From Raja brachyura (Eukaryota), in NCBI GenBank assembly GCA_963514005.1, contig OY740788.1:88660001-88724000 (forward strand): a stretch of DNA of 64,000 bases, given 5' to 3'. The position numbers were made by a program, and so were the translations under genes. This document shows, piece by piece, positions 37,190-50,429 of this stretch (within the stretch, counting starts at the first letter, position 1; each line of letters opens with the position of its first letter). Below the pieces are notes generated by a model. It was not told the DNA's origin and did no database searches. It saw only the letters and a program-made list of their open reading frames with translations.

Positions 37190-37484
37190 CTGTGGTGGAA
37201 GGAGACAGACACACAGTAACTCAGCGGCTCTGGCAGCAACCCTGGAGAACAGGAATCGGTGACGTTTCGGGGCCAAAGGTGTGAGTACGCACCGGGGACC
37301 TCTCTCCCCCAAAGTGAATATACCAGGGTCTAATCCTGACACCCCAGGGTCTCTCCCCGAAGTGAGGGTACTGGGGTCTCCCCTCTCACGTCTAGCCCTG
37401 CCCGATGCAGGAGGACACCAGGCTTGTAGACGAGAACGGGAAGGAGAGGACACTCTGCCGCGACTGTTAGGCTGCTGGTCCTAC

Positions 37485-37749
37485 CTGGTAGGTGTGGTCC
37501 ACGTAGACCTGCCTCAAGCAGCTTGGGGCCGATCGGCTGAGAAGGGGCGTGCTGCGGGCCAGGGCGTCTGGAAGCACATCTGGGCTGCTGAGGGGCTGCG
37601 GGCTGACTGCCAACTGCTGGCACTGTGGAGGGGTGAGAGGAGGAGTGCAGTGCTGGCTGCTGGGGGCTTCAGAGACGGTCTCCACATCCTCCACGATCTC
37701 GGTGTAATAGAAATCCTCCTCACCATCACTGTGCTCCGTGTCACTGCGG
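37485..37749 (-). CDS. znf395: ZNF395-like coding exon 6
   Basis: RSDTEHSDGEEDFYYTEIVEDVETV...VYVDHTYQ, containing the family motifs EEDFYYTE and DHxYQ; phase 2/0. Confidence 0.88.
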
Positions 37750-39499
37750 CTGTCAGGGGCAAAGCATCAGGGATGACATCTGAAACTCTGGAGTACAGTC
37801 ACCACCCCAAACCCCATCTACAGAGACCTAGGAAGCTCAGCTTGTCTCCATTGACTCTCACCAACCTCTATAGATGCACCATAGAAAGCATCCGATCGGA
37901 ATGTACCAGGTTGAGTTTGAGTTTAGTTTATTGTCACGTGTACCGATATCATCATCATCATCGTTGAAAACATCCATGGGCACAGTGCCTTATAAAGCTA
38001 TGTATGACAGTGATTGCAGTTTCTACTGGAGTGCGGATGGCCGTTGGCTCGCTAGGAGCTCATCCGCCCTTTGACAGGTCTTGTTTTTGGTCTTGCTGGG
38101 GGTCCACAGCCCCCTCCTCACCTGGCAAACCAGGTGGGGAAGACGGTTTAGTCGCCGACTATCCGAACATGGAGCAGGTAGAACGGGGTTACATGGCAGT
38201 GGGAACTTCCTCATGAGGTACAATGAGATGCTCTTGTTGCGTGCTAACCAGTCGGCAGAAAGGCTATGCTTGATTACAAATCGAGCCATCCGCTGCTTAC
38301 GGGAATATCGGTTAGCACACAATAAAGTCCAAAGTGGGAGAGGAGAGGGAACCGGTGTTTTGCCTACTGCAAAACCCAAGGTCAGCAGTAGGAGGCACCC
38401 TCAGGACACAAGGGTGGACGGGCAAGGAGAGGGACGTCACATTCAGGGAAGGCGATGGCTAGAGGCCCGCAGCAGCCTGGGGCTCGCCTGGAACGGGCAC
38501 CGCTCATAAGAACCAGAACGCACACTAGACCTTGAGAAATGGCGCCAAAACCTGCCACCTCTTGCATGTGGGCTCAGTGGATACACTTTATGTACACTTT
38601 GCTCATCAAGGCTTAACAGTCAGTTTATTGTCACATGTGCCAATTAGGGTACAGTAAAGTTTGAGTGACCGTACAACATAGACACATAAAATAACATTTA
38701 ACATAAACATCCACCACAGCGGCACCACGCATCCCTCACTGCGATGGGAGGTAATAAAGTCCAACCTTCTCCTCGGGGATGTTCTTATGTATGGCAAGAC
38801 TTTTCTGAACTGTATGTAAGAAAATAATTTCACTGTGTGTTTGCACATGTGATAAATAAATAAACGCACTACTACTACTACCAGTTTGACTTGGCAACAG
38901 CTCGTTCAAGACCACAAGAAGTTGCAGCGAGTTGTGGATGCAGCCCAATCTATCAAACAAAACACCCTCCCTCCCTCCCTACCCCATCCTCCCTCAGTAG
39001 AACACATGCTGCCTCTGGAAAGCTTCAAACATTATCAAGGACCACACACTTTTGCCACAACTGTCAGGCTGAAGGAACACAAACTTGACAGCACCGACCC
39101 ACTACCTTCCCACTGTCATTACATTACAGTACAGAATGCATAATAAACTCGGCATGAATTCTCAATGTCAGAACTGATACCGAAGAGGAGTTGAGTCCCG
39201 TGTGGATCAGCTATGATCAGTGAATAGTATGACAGGCTTGAGGCTGACTGTTCTTGTTCCTATTTCTTGTGTTCTTGACGGTCACTTTCCATTTGCACTC
39301 AGTTCCTTCAATCGGTGCCATCTACCCCTGCACATAATCACGTTTACTAAAGGTTGCCACTTTTGTATAGTTCCATTCATCTGCTATGCCCCCAACCAGT
39401 TCCAAAGAGATCCGACCCACTTTTTCCTCAAGTCCACGAGGAACTGGTTTAATTGAGTTTAGAGATGCAGCATGAAAACCTAGATGTCTGACCACGGAT

Positions 39500-39990
39500 G
39501 TGTGCACTGGGATTGTGTCGAGGGAGTTTCACTCGGATTAATCTGTGCCTTGCGAGTGTGTGATGGGACAATGTAGAAGGAGCTTCATATGGCATTTGAT
39601 CCTGGAAGGGTTTAATGGGAAGCTGCAAAGGGAATGTTACTCTATGACGAACCCATGGCCTGGGAGTGTGTAGCAGGCAGGATTGAGGTATCTTCACTAC
39701 ATCTGCCCCTGGAAGTGTGTGATGAGATGGTGTAGAGGGAGATTCACTCTGTGTCTGAACTATGGCCTGGGTGAGTGTGACAGGCAGCATTGAGGGGTCT
39801 TCACCGTGTCTGACCCTGGAAGTGTGTGATGAGATGGTGTAGAGGGAGATTCACTCTGTGTCTGAACTATGGCCTGGGTGAGTGTGACAGGCAGCATTGA
39901 GGGGTCTTCACCGTGTCTGATCTTGGAAGTGCGATGGGATGGTGTAGAAGGATCTCCACTCCTGTGCTACACCAGAGTTTTATGTCCCTG
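39500..39990. repeat. Minisatellite with ~107-bp higher-order unit built from ~53-bp subunits
   Basis: CTGGAAGTGTGTGATGAGATGGTGTAGAGGGAGATTCACTCTG... recurs at 39709 and 39816, with degenerate copies on both sides. Confidence 0.75.
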
Positions 39991-40047
39991 GGAACATTGA
40001 CTAGGTTCCACACACCCTGCCCTTTCTCTCCCCGAGCAGTGCCTTAC

Positions 40048-40148
40048 CCGAGGTGTATGGTTCGAATGTGTCTCCGTATTCCCACAGTGGATGAAAGGCA
40101 TTTCTGGCAGTGGGGCCACATACAGCGATACAGGAGTTTCAGCGAGTT
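40048..40148 (-). CDS. znf395: ZNF395-like coding exon 5: C2H2 zinc finger
   Basis: NSLKLLYRCMWPHCQKCLSSTVGIRRHIRTIHLG; phase 0/2; canonical AG and GTAAG splice sites. Confidence 0.9.
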
Positions 40149-41265
40149 CTGCGAGAGAGGACAGGCAGAGGGCATTAGGCACCTGAAAACGATCTCCACA
40201 TTTAGCTGAGGTAGCACCACGTATCCCCACCATTGTGGCCACTGACTGAAACCCTCACCCCAGCTGCTTCACTCGACTCCCGACCCTCCAGCACGTACCT
40301 GAACTCCTTCCAGCCAGGATGTCGCCATCCTCTCCCACAGAGCTCCTGCTCCACAGTACACGGCCCTCCCACCCAGCGCACCGTCACTTCTAGTTCCTCA
40401 GAGGTTTGAGGAGATGCAGCAAGTTGCTAAATACGCTTATCAAACGTCTGCAGGTGTATAGTGGTGAGCATGGTCCACATAGTGTAGCTAATCATTTATG
40501 GTAAATGTGTATATAGATTCAGTCAAGGTCATCGAGCATGGAAATGGGCCCTTCGGTCTAACTTGCCCATCCCGACCAAGATGCCACTCTACACATAACA
40601 TGTGCCCAAACTTGACCCATATCCCTCCAAACCCTTTGTATACATGTACCTTATGTTTAGAGATACAGCATGTAAACATCACTTCAACCCACCCAGTGCA
40701 CGGTGCCCAATAATCACCCCGTACATTGGCTCTATCCTACATACTAGGGACAATCTACAGACGCTAATTAACCTGCAAAGCTGTATGCCTTTGGAGTGTG
40801 GGAGGAAACTGGAGCATCCGTAGAAAACCCACAGTCACAGAGAGAATGAACAACCCCTTTACAGACAACACCCGTAGTCAGCATCAAACCTGGGTCCCTT
40901 GCCCTGTGATGCAGCAGCTCTACATTTGCACCATTGTGCCCCCCCCCCAATTTCCTTCATGTTATTGTACCTGGCTCAACCCCTTCCTCTGGCAGCTTGC
41001 TCCATATACCCCTCACCCTCCGTGTGAAAAATGTGGGCTTCATGTTCTCATGAAATCTTTCCCGTCTCACCTTAAATCATATCCTCTAGTTCCACCCTGG
41101 GGAAAAAGACTGCACATTCACCCCATTCATTCCTCTCCTGATGTTACACGTCTCTACAAGTCGTTACTGTGCGTGTAAAGCTTCAGCCAGCAAGAATTTC
41201 ATTCTCCTGATGTATATAGTGTGTATAAAGACTCTCGACTCCATGACACCAGCTGTAATCCGTAC

Positions 41266-41450
41266 CTTCCTTTTCCGAGGAGCTGGCTCCTCCGGCAGCA
41301 AGGGATGTGGGAGGTGGAAGTCTAGACCGTCATCTCCCTGCCCTGGAGCGAGGGCCTGGGAAAGTGGTGGGGGTGAAGGAGACGAGGAGTTACTGCTCCT
41401 ACAGTCACTGTTGCTCCCGTTTCCCACCTCGATCCCAGAGTCTGCCAACG
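41266..41450 (-). CDS. znf395: ZNF395-like coding exon 4 (Ser-rich, NLS PRKRK)
   Basis: LADSGIEVGNGSNSDCRSSNSSSPSPPP...EEPAPRKRK; phase 1/0. An alternative in-frame acceptor lies 9 nt downstream (start 41441). Confidence 0.82.
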
Positions 41451-42684
41451 CTGCCATAGGGAAAAAGCAGACAAGAAGGTTACTTCACAGCGATGTGTGC
41501 GAGCAGGCAGGGCTTAAGTGTGACCAGTTTGTGCGAACAGGCAAGTGTGATCACGTGTATTGACAAACATGTGTAGACGCGTGTGGGCGTGTGTGTGTGT
41601 GAGGGGACAGTCCGTCGAGATGTAGTCACAGGCCCTTTAGCCCACCGAGTCTTTACTGACCACCAACTACATACGAGGCGACAAAATCACTGGCCTGCAT
41701 TTCTCTGGGATACAAGAGGAAACCGGACCATCCACAGTCGCTGGGAGAACGTGCAAACTCCACATTGACAGTGCCGGGGGGTCAGGATTGAACCAGGGTC
41801 GCTGGAGCTGTGTGGCAATGCACCCATCGATGCACTTTACTAGGCACAGTCCAGGATTTTGCCACGGTCAAACTCTTGGGGAGATTGGATGCAACACGAA
41901 TTTGACCGTTGGTTCAGGTCGAGGCAGGGGTGCGACCATCAGGTACACGGGGAATAACTCACAGCAGCCAGCAGACCTCCCAAGCTGGAGACCCCAAAAG
42001 GAATGGGCAATGCTCCTGGGCCTGGCCAAGCTGAACATTTGTGGGTCATTGTGGGTCAATGTCGCTCTGCCTGAGCTGACTGCCTGCCCCTTTTGCCGGT
42101 GAAGTCCGTGCCTGGGTGTCCCTCAAAAAGGTACACGTGGTGTTCACGGGCACCATTTCCGGGTCCGTTGGGCTCCGTTGGGGGGGGGGGGGGGTGAATG
42201 CATCCTGGACCAGGACTGTAATATTTAGAAAAATAGGCTGTGGAGGCCAAGTCAATGGATATTTTCAAGGCAGGGATAGATTAATTCATGATTAGTCTGG
42301 GTGTCACGGGTTATGGGGAGAGGGCAGGAGACAGATAGATCAGCCATGATTGAATGGCGGAGTAGACTTGATGGGCCGAATGGCCTAATTCTGCTCCTAT
42401 CGCATATGAACATGAATATTTGGTTATTTTTGTATTTGCTGATGGGTGTGTTGGTTTGTTTTGTAAGTTTTATTGTGGTAAATAATTGAATACATTTATT
42501 TTTTGGTAAAAAAAGAGGAATGGACACCCCCAGGGGGACCCCACACACTCACAGGAGGAACCCGTCAACATCCCTGCCTGCGTACATGCGTTATGTGATC
42601 ACATACACATGCATCCGTGCACACACTGTTGACACAGGAGCCCACATCAGTGGGTGGGCAGGGGGATCACGCTGGTGGCCCTAC

Positions 42685-42788
42685 CTGGAGCCAGGCTGCT
42701 GAGCGGAGGGTTGAGCCGGGGACTGCAGGACAGGCTGCTGAGCACCATCGCCGCCATGATCTCGTCCATGTCGACGGCGCCCGAAGTC
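42685..42788 (-). CDS. znf395: ZNF395-like coding exon 3 (conserved region CR1)
   Basis: TSGAVDMDEIMAAMVLSSLSCSP family motif; phase 2/1. Confidence 0.9.
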
Positions 42789-43714
42789 CTGCCAGGGACA
42801 GAGCGGGGAGTTAGAGGAACTGCGGAGAGCTCAGAGATCACCACACACCAGCTGCCCGCCCAGTGGCACCAGCTGCCCGCCCCAAACTTGCCACACAGCA
42901 TGGAGGAAAGCAGAGTGGCTTGTGAGCCTGGGAGCCATTAGACCCCCCCAGCTCCAATTACCAGGACCCCATTTATTCCCCCCCCCCCCCTCCCCGCCAC
43001 CCGCCCCCTCACGCTACATTCTTTGGGACTCCATTCGACCCCCCCCCCCCCCCCAACTCTGCTTAGTCTCCTCATCACCTCCAATTCTTGGGACCCCATT
43101 ATTCCCTCTCTCACCCTCTCACAGCTACCTCTTCACCCTCTGATATTTGGGATTCCATTAGACCCCCCCTCACCTTCTAGCACCCCCCACCCGCCTTCAT
43201 AGGAATCCAATATCCACTCCCTCATCCCCTCATAAGCCCACAGCCACCCCCTCACTGATCTCTGGGATACCAATAGACCCTCCATAGACCCCCTTTAGCC
43301 ACTCCTTCACCACTTCCTGGGAACCCAATATCCCCTTCCCCCATCTCCTTAGATACCTCCTCTCCAATCACTGGGACCCCCATTAGACCCTTCTAGACAC
43401 TTGCACCCCCTCCAGGAATCCCTTAGCTAAACCCTGACCACCCAATCTCTAACACATCCATGAACCCACCCCTCATCCTACAGAGCCCCTCAAACTCTCT
43501 CTGTAAGCCCCCCCCCCCCCCCCACCCACTCCTTCCTCTCCCTCTGACTCCCACAGATGTCCAGCATTGGCAGTGAAGGTTTGCAGCCTCGTCCTCTCCT
43601 CTTGGACCCAAATGAGCCACAGTGTCCACATTCCCTTCCCTCCCAGACTCCTGCCACACCACCCATTCCCACCTCCAGTCCCACCACAAATCTCCCCTCC
43701 GGCCGCTGACCTAC

Positions 43715-43947
43715 CTTGGGGGCACATCGATGGTCTGAGAGGAGGGGACGCTGGGAGAGGCTTTGGTGTGCTCCCTCTCCTGCTCCTGGAGGCGGGGGGA
43801 CCTGCGGCTCTCGCCCAGCCGCACGTCCTCTGCCCGCCGTAGGGAGCGCAGGTCCAGCTCCCGGACGTAGACCCGGACCTCGTTGTCCACATGGTTGTGT
43901 TGCTCCACCACTCCTGGGTACTCACGGCCACCGTGCGTCAGGTATAC
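43715..43947 (-). CDS. znf395: ZNF395-like coding exon 2
   Basis: VYLTHGGREYPGVVEQHNHVDNEVRVYV...SSQTIDVPP(R); phase 0/2. Confidence 0.85.
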
Positions 43948-45061
43948 CTGGGGGTGACAGAGGAAGGTCATCTTCAGCAACCAGGGCAGGGTGGCTTACA
44001 GACATCAGATCAGGGGAAGAGGCACGGGGAGAGGAGTTAGGCAGGGGTATGAATGATGGGGTGTTGGGGTCTCACCTGTGGTGGGTTGTGTCATGTTTTG
44101 TTGAGATTGATGTTATATTTACAAGTTATTCACATTTTTAGCTTTACAAAATCCCACTTTGAGAAGGATTTCTTCACATCTGAACTGGTAGCAGCTATGA
44201 CATCACAATCAGATTGTAGCCCTACTGGCTACAATGATGCTATCCCAGGACACCGAGTCCTTGGCAGCAAATGTCCTTCAGGGGAAGAATCTGCCAGCCT
44301 AACCCAGCACATATGTGACTGCAAAGCCTTTTATTGCTCTCTAAATTGAAAGTTTAATGATAAGATTTGGATAACAAAAGATGATATCAAATCACATTAA
44401 AGAATCAAAAAAAATATTAGTGCAATTGCATTTTTTTTTAAATGAGAGAGCCGACCAGCACAGTTGGGGGCTATAGATGAGTGGTGGAATATTGCATTGA
44501 GGAATGGGTTGTGTTGGGGAACAGGTGAGTGGTGGAATCTTACGTTGGGGAATGGGTTGCTTTGGGTGACCAGGCCACCCTTGGGGGCTATGGGTGAGTG
44601 GTCGAATATTGCATTGATGGAATAGGTTGCGTTGGGGGACCAGGCCTCCCATGTGACANNNNNNNNNNNNNNNNNNNNNNNNNNNNNNNNNNNNNNNNNN
44701 NNNNNNNNNNNNNNNNNNNNNNNNNNNNNNNNNNNNNNNNNNNNNNNNNNNNNNNNNNNNNNNNNNNNNNNNNNNNNNNNNNNNNNNNNNNNNNNNNNNN
44801 NNNNNNNNNNNNNNNNNNNNNNNNNNNNNNNNNNNNNNNNNNNNNNNNNNNNNNNNNNNNNNNNNNNNNNNNNNNNNNNNNNNNNNNNNNNNNNNNNNNN
44901 NNNNNNNNNNNNNNNNNNNNNNNNNNNNNNNNNNNNNNNNNNNNNNNNNNNNNNNNNNNNNNNNNNNNNNNNNNNNNNNNNNNNNNNNNNNNNNNNNNNN
45001 NNNNNNNNNNNNNNNNNNNNNNNNNNNNNNNNNNNNNNNNNNNNNNNNNNNNNNNNNNNNN

Positions 45062-45560
45062 TAGAGGGAGAGGGGGGTAGAGGGAGAGGGGGGTAGAGGG
45101 AGAGGGGGGTAGAGGGAGAGGGGGGTAGAGGGAGAGGGGGGTAGAGGGAGAGGGGGGTAGAGGGAGAGGGGGGTAGAGGGAGAGGGGGGTAGAGGGAGAG
45201 GGGGGTAGAGGGAGAGGGGGGTAGAGGGAGAGGGGGGTAGAGGGAGAGGGGGGATAGAGGGAGAGGGGGGATAGAGGGAGAGGGGGGATAGAGGGAGAGG
45301 GGGGATAGAGGGAGAGGGGGGATAGAGGGAGAGGGGGGATAGAGGGAGAGGGGGGATAGAGGGAGAGGGGGGATAGAGGGAGAGGGGGGATAGAGGGAGA
45401 GGGGGGATAGAGGGAGAGGGGGGATAGAGGGAGAGGGGGGATAGAGGGAGAGGGGGGATAGAGGGAGAGGGGGGATAGAGGGAGAGGGGGGATAGAGGGA
45501 GAGGGGGATAGAGGGAGAGGGGGATAGAGGGAGAGGGGGATAGAGGGAGAGGTGAGGTGG
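45062..45560. repeat. G-rich tandem repeat (TAGAGGGAGAGGGGGG 16-mer switching to a 17-mer) after gap N 44659-45061
   Basis: Seen directly in the sequence. Confidence 0.92.
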
Positions 45561-46247
45561 GAGTGGGGGGGAGGTCAGAACTGGGGGAAGTGGGGGATAG
45601 AGGGACAGGAGGGGGTAGGGAGAGGGGTATGGAGGGAGGTAGGGGAAAGGAGAGGGAAGGTGAAGAGGAAGTGGAGGGAGTGCTGGGGATGAGGGAGAAT
45701 GGAGAAGGATAGGGGTATGAAGAGGGATGGCGAGGCGCAGTTGGGGGAGGGCTGCCATGACTCGCGTCAAAGGGGATCTCTGGCATCACAACGGGAACCT
45801 ATCAGCCGTGAGTGCGCAGTTGGGGATTATGGGTCAGTGGTGGAATATTGCCTTGGGGATGGGGCCCAACGGGTCCCACTTGGTTTAGTTATATAAATAA
45901 TTATCAGGTCTCCCTTCAATATCCAACACTCCAGAGGAAACAAACTAAGTTTGTCCAAACTCTAAAGCCTCTACATCCTGCCTTTAATGGGACAACCAGA
46001 ACTGCGTACTCCACATGCGGCCTAACCAAACTTTTATAAAGCTGAAACTCAGCTTTTTGAGTCTTGNNNNNNNNNNNNNNNNNNNNNNNNNNNNNNNNNN
46101 NNNNNNNNNNNNNNNNNNNNNNNNNNNNNNNNNNNNNNNNNNNNNNNNNNNNNNNNNNNNNNNNNNNNNNNNNNNNNNNNNNNNNNNNNNNNNNNNNNNN
46201 NNNNNNNNNNNNNNNNNNNNNNNNNNNNNNNNNNNNNNNNNNNNNNN

Positions 46248-46460
46248 CGAACTTACCTTGGACTTCGCTCCAAGTTCGCCCCGCATTCCGCCACTGACCC
46301 GACCTCCGCGCGGCCTCTGCTGCCGGTTTGGTTGCGCTTGCCGGCGCATGCTGGTGGGAACGGCCCTGTACAGGGGATCACCCGACCTCCGCGCGGCCCC
46401 CGCTTCTAGTTTGATCGCGTTCATCGCATAGAGTTGCATGCTGGTGGGACAGGCCCTTTA
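46248..46460. mobile_element. Right end of a probable PIF/Harbinger-type MITE (left part lost in gap N 46067-46247)
   Basis: Ends GGTGGGACAGGCCCT followed by TTA, with internal subterminal repeats (ACCCGACCTCCGCGCGGCC twice). Confidence 0.4.
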
Positions 46461-46575
46461 TACTCAATGCCCATGCTGGCTTGATTCCTACTGCCCTCAG
46501 TTCCTCTAGCTTGAGCTCCTGCCCCCTCCCCCCCCACCACAAGTAGATGACCCACAGACGTCAGGGCAGGCTTAC

Positions 46576-46827
46576 CTTCTGGCCGGGCTGGAGTTTGAAG
46601 TGTGTCACGCTCTGGAAGCCTGGGCCAATGATGTTGTCCTCGCTGTACTCCATGAAACGGCCATCCTCAAACGATACAGTATACGAGGTGTTGCCGCTCC
46701 CACTGTCCAGCCGGAATGCTTGGATCAGGCCAGGGATCAGCATCCCATCACCGGAAGGGCTGGGGGTGTGGACGGGGGCGCCCAGCAGGGAGCGCTTTCC
46801 CAGACGTCTAGACAGCACGCTGACCAT
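46576..46827 (-). CDS. znf395: ZNF395-like first coding exon
   Basis: ATG at 46827-46825: MVSVLSRRLGKRSLLGAP...IIGPGFQSVTHFKLQPGQK, like the ZNF395 start MASVLSRRLGKRSLLG. An upstream acceptor at 46836-46834 implies a non-coding upstream exon. The eight exons total 1371 nt, or 456 aa plus stop. Confidence 0.88.
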
Positions 46828-47084
46828 TCTGCCCTGCAGCAAAGAGAGTAAACACAGGGCACAGTGTTAGGCTTGGGCTGGACAATCAACAAACTCCTGC
46901 ATCCAGCCCACATCATCTAACTTCAGACGGGACCCTCAGTGGCATGTTAGGGGCAGCATAGTGGTGCAGCAAGTAGAGCCACTGCCTCCCGGTGCCCGTG
47001 ATCCAGGTTTGATTACAACTTCCTGTATTGTCTATGTGGAGTTTGCATGCTCTCCCCATGACCAGCGTGAGCTTGCCCCAGCTT

Positions 47085-49657
47085 GGAGGATGTGGAATCA
47101 ATACGGGTAGAGCTGCGAAACACTAAGGGGCAGAAAACATTAGTGGGAGTTGTGTACAGGCTACCTAACAGTAGTAGTGGGGATGGCATTAAATTAAAAT
47201 TGAATCTGAATCTGCATCTGAATCTGAATCAAACAGGAAATTAGAAATGTGTGCAACAAAAGTAAAATAGTTATAATGGGTGACTTCAATCTACATATAG
47301 ATTGGGTGAATGAAATTGACAGGGATGCTGAGGAAGAGGATTTCTTGGAATGTATGCGGGATAGTTTTCTAAGCCAACATGTAGAGGAACCAACGAGAGA
47401 TCAGGCTATTCTAGACTGGGTAATGAGTAATGAGGAAGGGTTAGTTAACAGTCTTGCTGTGCGTGGCCCCTTGGGCAAGAGTGACCATAATATGGTTGAG
47501 TTCTTCATTAGGATGGAGAGTGACATAATTAATTCAGAAACAAGGGTTCTGAACTTAAAGAAAGGTAACTTTGAAGGCATGAGACGCGAATTGGCCAAGT
47601 TAGACTGGCAATTGATCCTTAAAGGGTTGACAGTGGATGTGCAATGGAAGACATTTAAAGACTGCAGGGATGAACTACAACAATTGTTCATCCCAGTTTG
47701 GCAAAATAATAAATCAGGGAAGGTAGTGCATCCGTGGATAACAAGGGAAATCAGGGATAGTATCAAAACAAAAGATGAAGCATACAAATTAGCCAGAGAA
47801 AGCAGCCTACAAGAGGACTGGGAGAAATTCAGAGTCCAGCAGAGGAGGACAAAGGACTTAATTAGGAACGGGAAAATAGAAAACTGGCAGGGAACAAAGA
47901 AGTTTTTATAGATATGTGAAGAGAAAAAAGATTAGTTAAAACAAATGTAGGTCCCTTGCAGTCAGAAACAGGTAAATTGATCATGGGGACAAGGACATGG
48001 CAGACCAATTGAATAACTACTTTGGTTCTGTCTTCACTAAGGAAGACATAAATAATCTGCCGGAAATAGCAGGGGACTGGGGGTCAAATAAGATGGAGGA
48101 ACTGAGTCAAATCCAGATTGGCTGGGAAGTGGTGTTGGGTAAATTGAATGGATTAAAGGCCGATAAATCCCCAGGGCCATATAGGCAGCATCCCAGAGTA
48201 CTCAAGGAAGTAGCCATAGAAATAGTGGATGCATTAGTGATAATTTTATTTTGGGGAATTACTGACCAGTTAGTCTAACATCGGTAGAGGGGAAACTACT
48301 AGTCCATTATTAAAGATGGGATAGCAGCACATTTGGAAAGTGGTGAAATCATTGGACAAAGTCAGCATGGATTTACGAAAGGTAAATCATGTCTGACGAA
48401 TCTGATAGAATTTTTCGAGGATGTAACTAGTAGAGTGGATAAGGGCGAACCAGTGGATGCGTTATATCTGGACTTTCAGAAGGCTTTCGACAAGGTCACA
48501 AATAAGAGATTAGTATACAAACTTAAAGCACACGGTATTGGGGGTTCAGTACTGATGTGGATAGAGAACTGGCTGGCAGACAGGAAGCAAAGGGTAGGAG
48601 TAAACGGGCCCTTTTCAGAATGGCAGGCAGTGACTAGTGGGGTACCGCAAGGCTCAGTGCTGGGACCCCAGCTATTTACAATATATATTAATGATTTGGA
48701 CAAGGGAATTGAATGCAACATCTCCAGGTTTGCGGATGACACGAAGCTGGGGGGCAGTGTTAGGTGTGAGGAGGATGCTAGGAGGCTGCAGGGTGACTTG
48801 GATAGGCTGGGTGGGTGGGCAAATGCATGGCAGATGCAGTATAATGTGGATAAATGTAAGGTTGTCCACTTTGGTGGCAAAAACAGGAGGGTAGACTATT
48901 AGACTAATGGTGGCCGATTAGGAAAAGGGGTGATGCAACGAGACCTGGGTGTCATGGCACACCAGTCATTGAAAATAGGCATGCAGGTGCAGCAGGCAGT
49001 GAAGAAAGCAAATGGTATGTTAGCATTCATAGCAAAAGGATTTGAGTATAGGAGCAGGGAGGCTCTACTGCAGTTGTACAGGGTTTTGGTGAGGCCACAT
49101 CTGGAGTATTGCGTACAGTTTTGGTCTCCTAATCTGAGGAAAGACATTCTTGCCATAGAGGGAGTACAGAGAAGGTTCACCAGACTGATTCCTGGGATGT
49201 CAGGACCTTCATATGAGGAAAGACTGGATAGACTCGGCTTGTACTCACTAGAATTTTGGAAGATTGAGGGGGGATCTTATAGAAAATTATAAAATTCTTA
49301 AGGGGTTGGACAGGCTAGATGCAGGAAGATTGTTCCGATGTTGGGGAGGTCCAGAACAAGGGGTCACAGTTTAAGAATATGTGGGAAATCTTTTAGGACC
49401 GAGATGAGGAAAACATTTTTCACACAGAGAGTGGTGAGTCTCTGGAATTCTCTGCCACAGAGGGTAGTTGAGGCCAGTTCATTGGCTATATTTAAGAGGG
49501 AATTAGATGTGTCCCTTGTGGCTAAAGGGATCAGGGGGTATGGAGAGAAGGCAGGTACAGGATACTGAGTTGAAGGATCAGCCATAATCATATTGAATGG
49601 CGGTGCAGGCTCGAAGGGCCGAATGGCCTACTCCTGCACCTATTTTCTATGTTTCTA
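47085..49657 (+). mobile_element. CR1 LINE (same subfamily as 14531-16897) inserted into an HE1-like SINE
   Basis: Endonuclease motif VIMGDFNLHIDW through RT RFADDTKL, with several frameshifts. The SINE head lies at ~46955-47085 and the SINE tail at ~49660-49870. Confidence 0.9.
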
Positions 49658-50429
49658 TTCCCCCACATCGCGAAGACGTGCGTGTCAGTAGGTTAATTGG
49701 CCACTATAAAATGTCCCCTCGTGTGGAGTTGGGTGATGTTGTTGGGGGGAGTTGATCGGAATGAGGGGAGGATAGAATGGGATTAGCGTGGGATCAGTGC
49801 AAATGGGTGGCTAATGGTCAGCACAGCCGCAGTGGGCAGAAGGGCCTGTTACTGTGCTGTGGGACTCTGATAGTCAACTTTCATCCATGTGCATATATCA
49901 AAGCCAAGACCAAGCCAAGGCAGCCTGACTTAAACCCACACCAGCCCGCAAGTTACATCACATCTTGGTTTGAGAACAGGTCAGCCCAAATCTGCAAGAG
50001 ATTGCAGAGAGTTGTGGATGTAACAGTCCAACAAATAGACCAGACTCCTCACCACTGACTCCATCTACATATCACAATGTGTCAGAAAAGCAGCCAACAT
50101 AATCAGACATCCCACTCTGGTCACGCCTTCACCATACAGCTTGAAAGCATGCACCACCAGACTCAGGAAAAGCACCTTCCTCTTAGTAATCAGGCTGCTG
50201 AACTCGATACCATAAGCTGGGGCACTTTTCCAATTCACCTCCACCCTATTGAGACCATTGGATTGTCTATTGAGCTGGTGCGCTACAATGCTGAGAACTA
50301 TATTCTGTACTCTGCATCTTCCCCTTTGCTCGACAGTTGTATTAAAGTTTTACTTGATTGTATTTATGTCTCTGTCTGGATAACACGCATTTCACTGTAC
50401 AGTACATGTGACAAGAGGAAAGCTGAATC

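Noticed and set aside
37281-37967. 228-aa plus-strand ORF
   Set aside because: Antisense shadow of GC-rich ZNF395-like exon 6, running into a LINE remnant.
44392-45789. 457-465-aa proline-rich ORFs
   Set aside because: Produced by a 16/17-bp G-rich tandem repeat plus an assembly gap.
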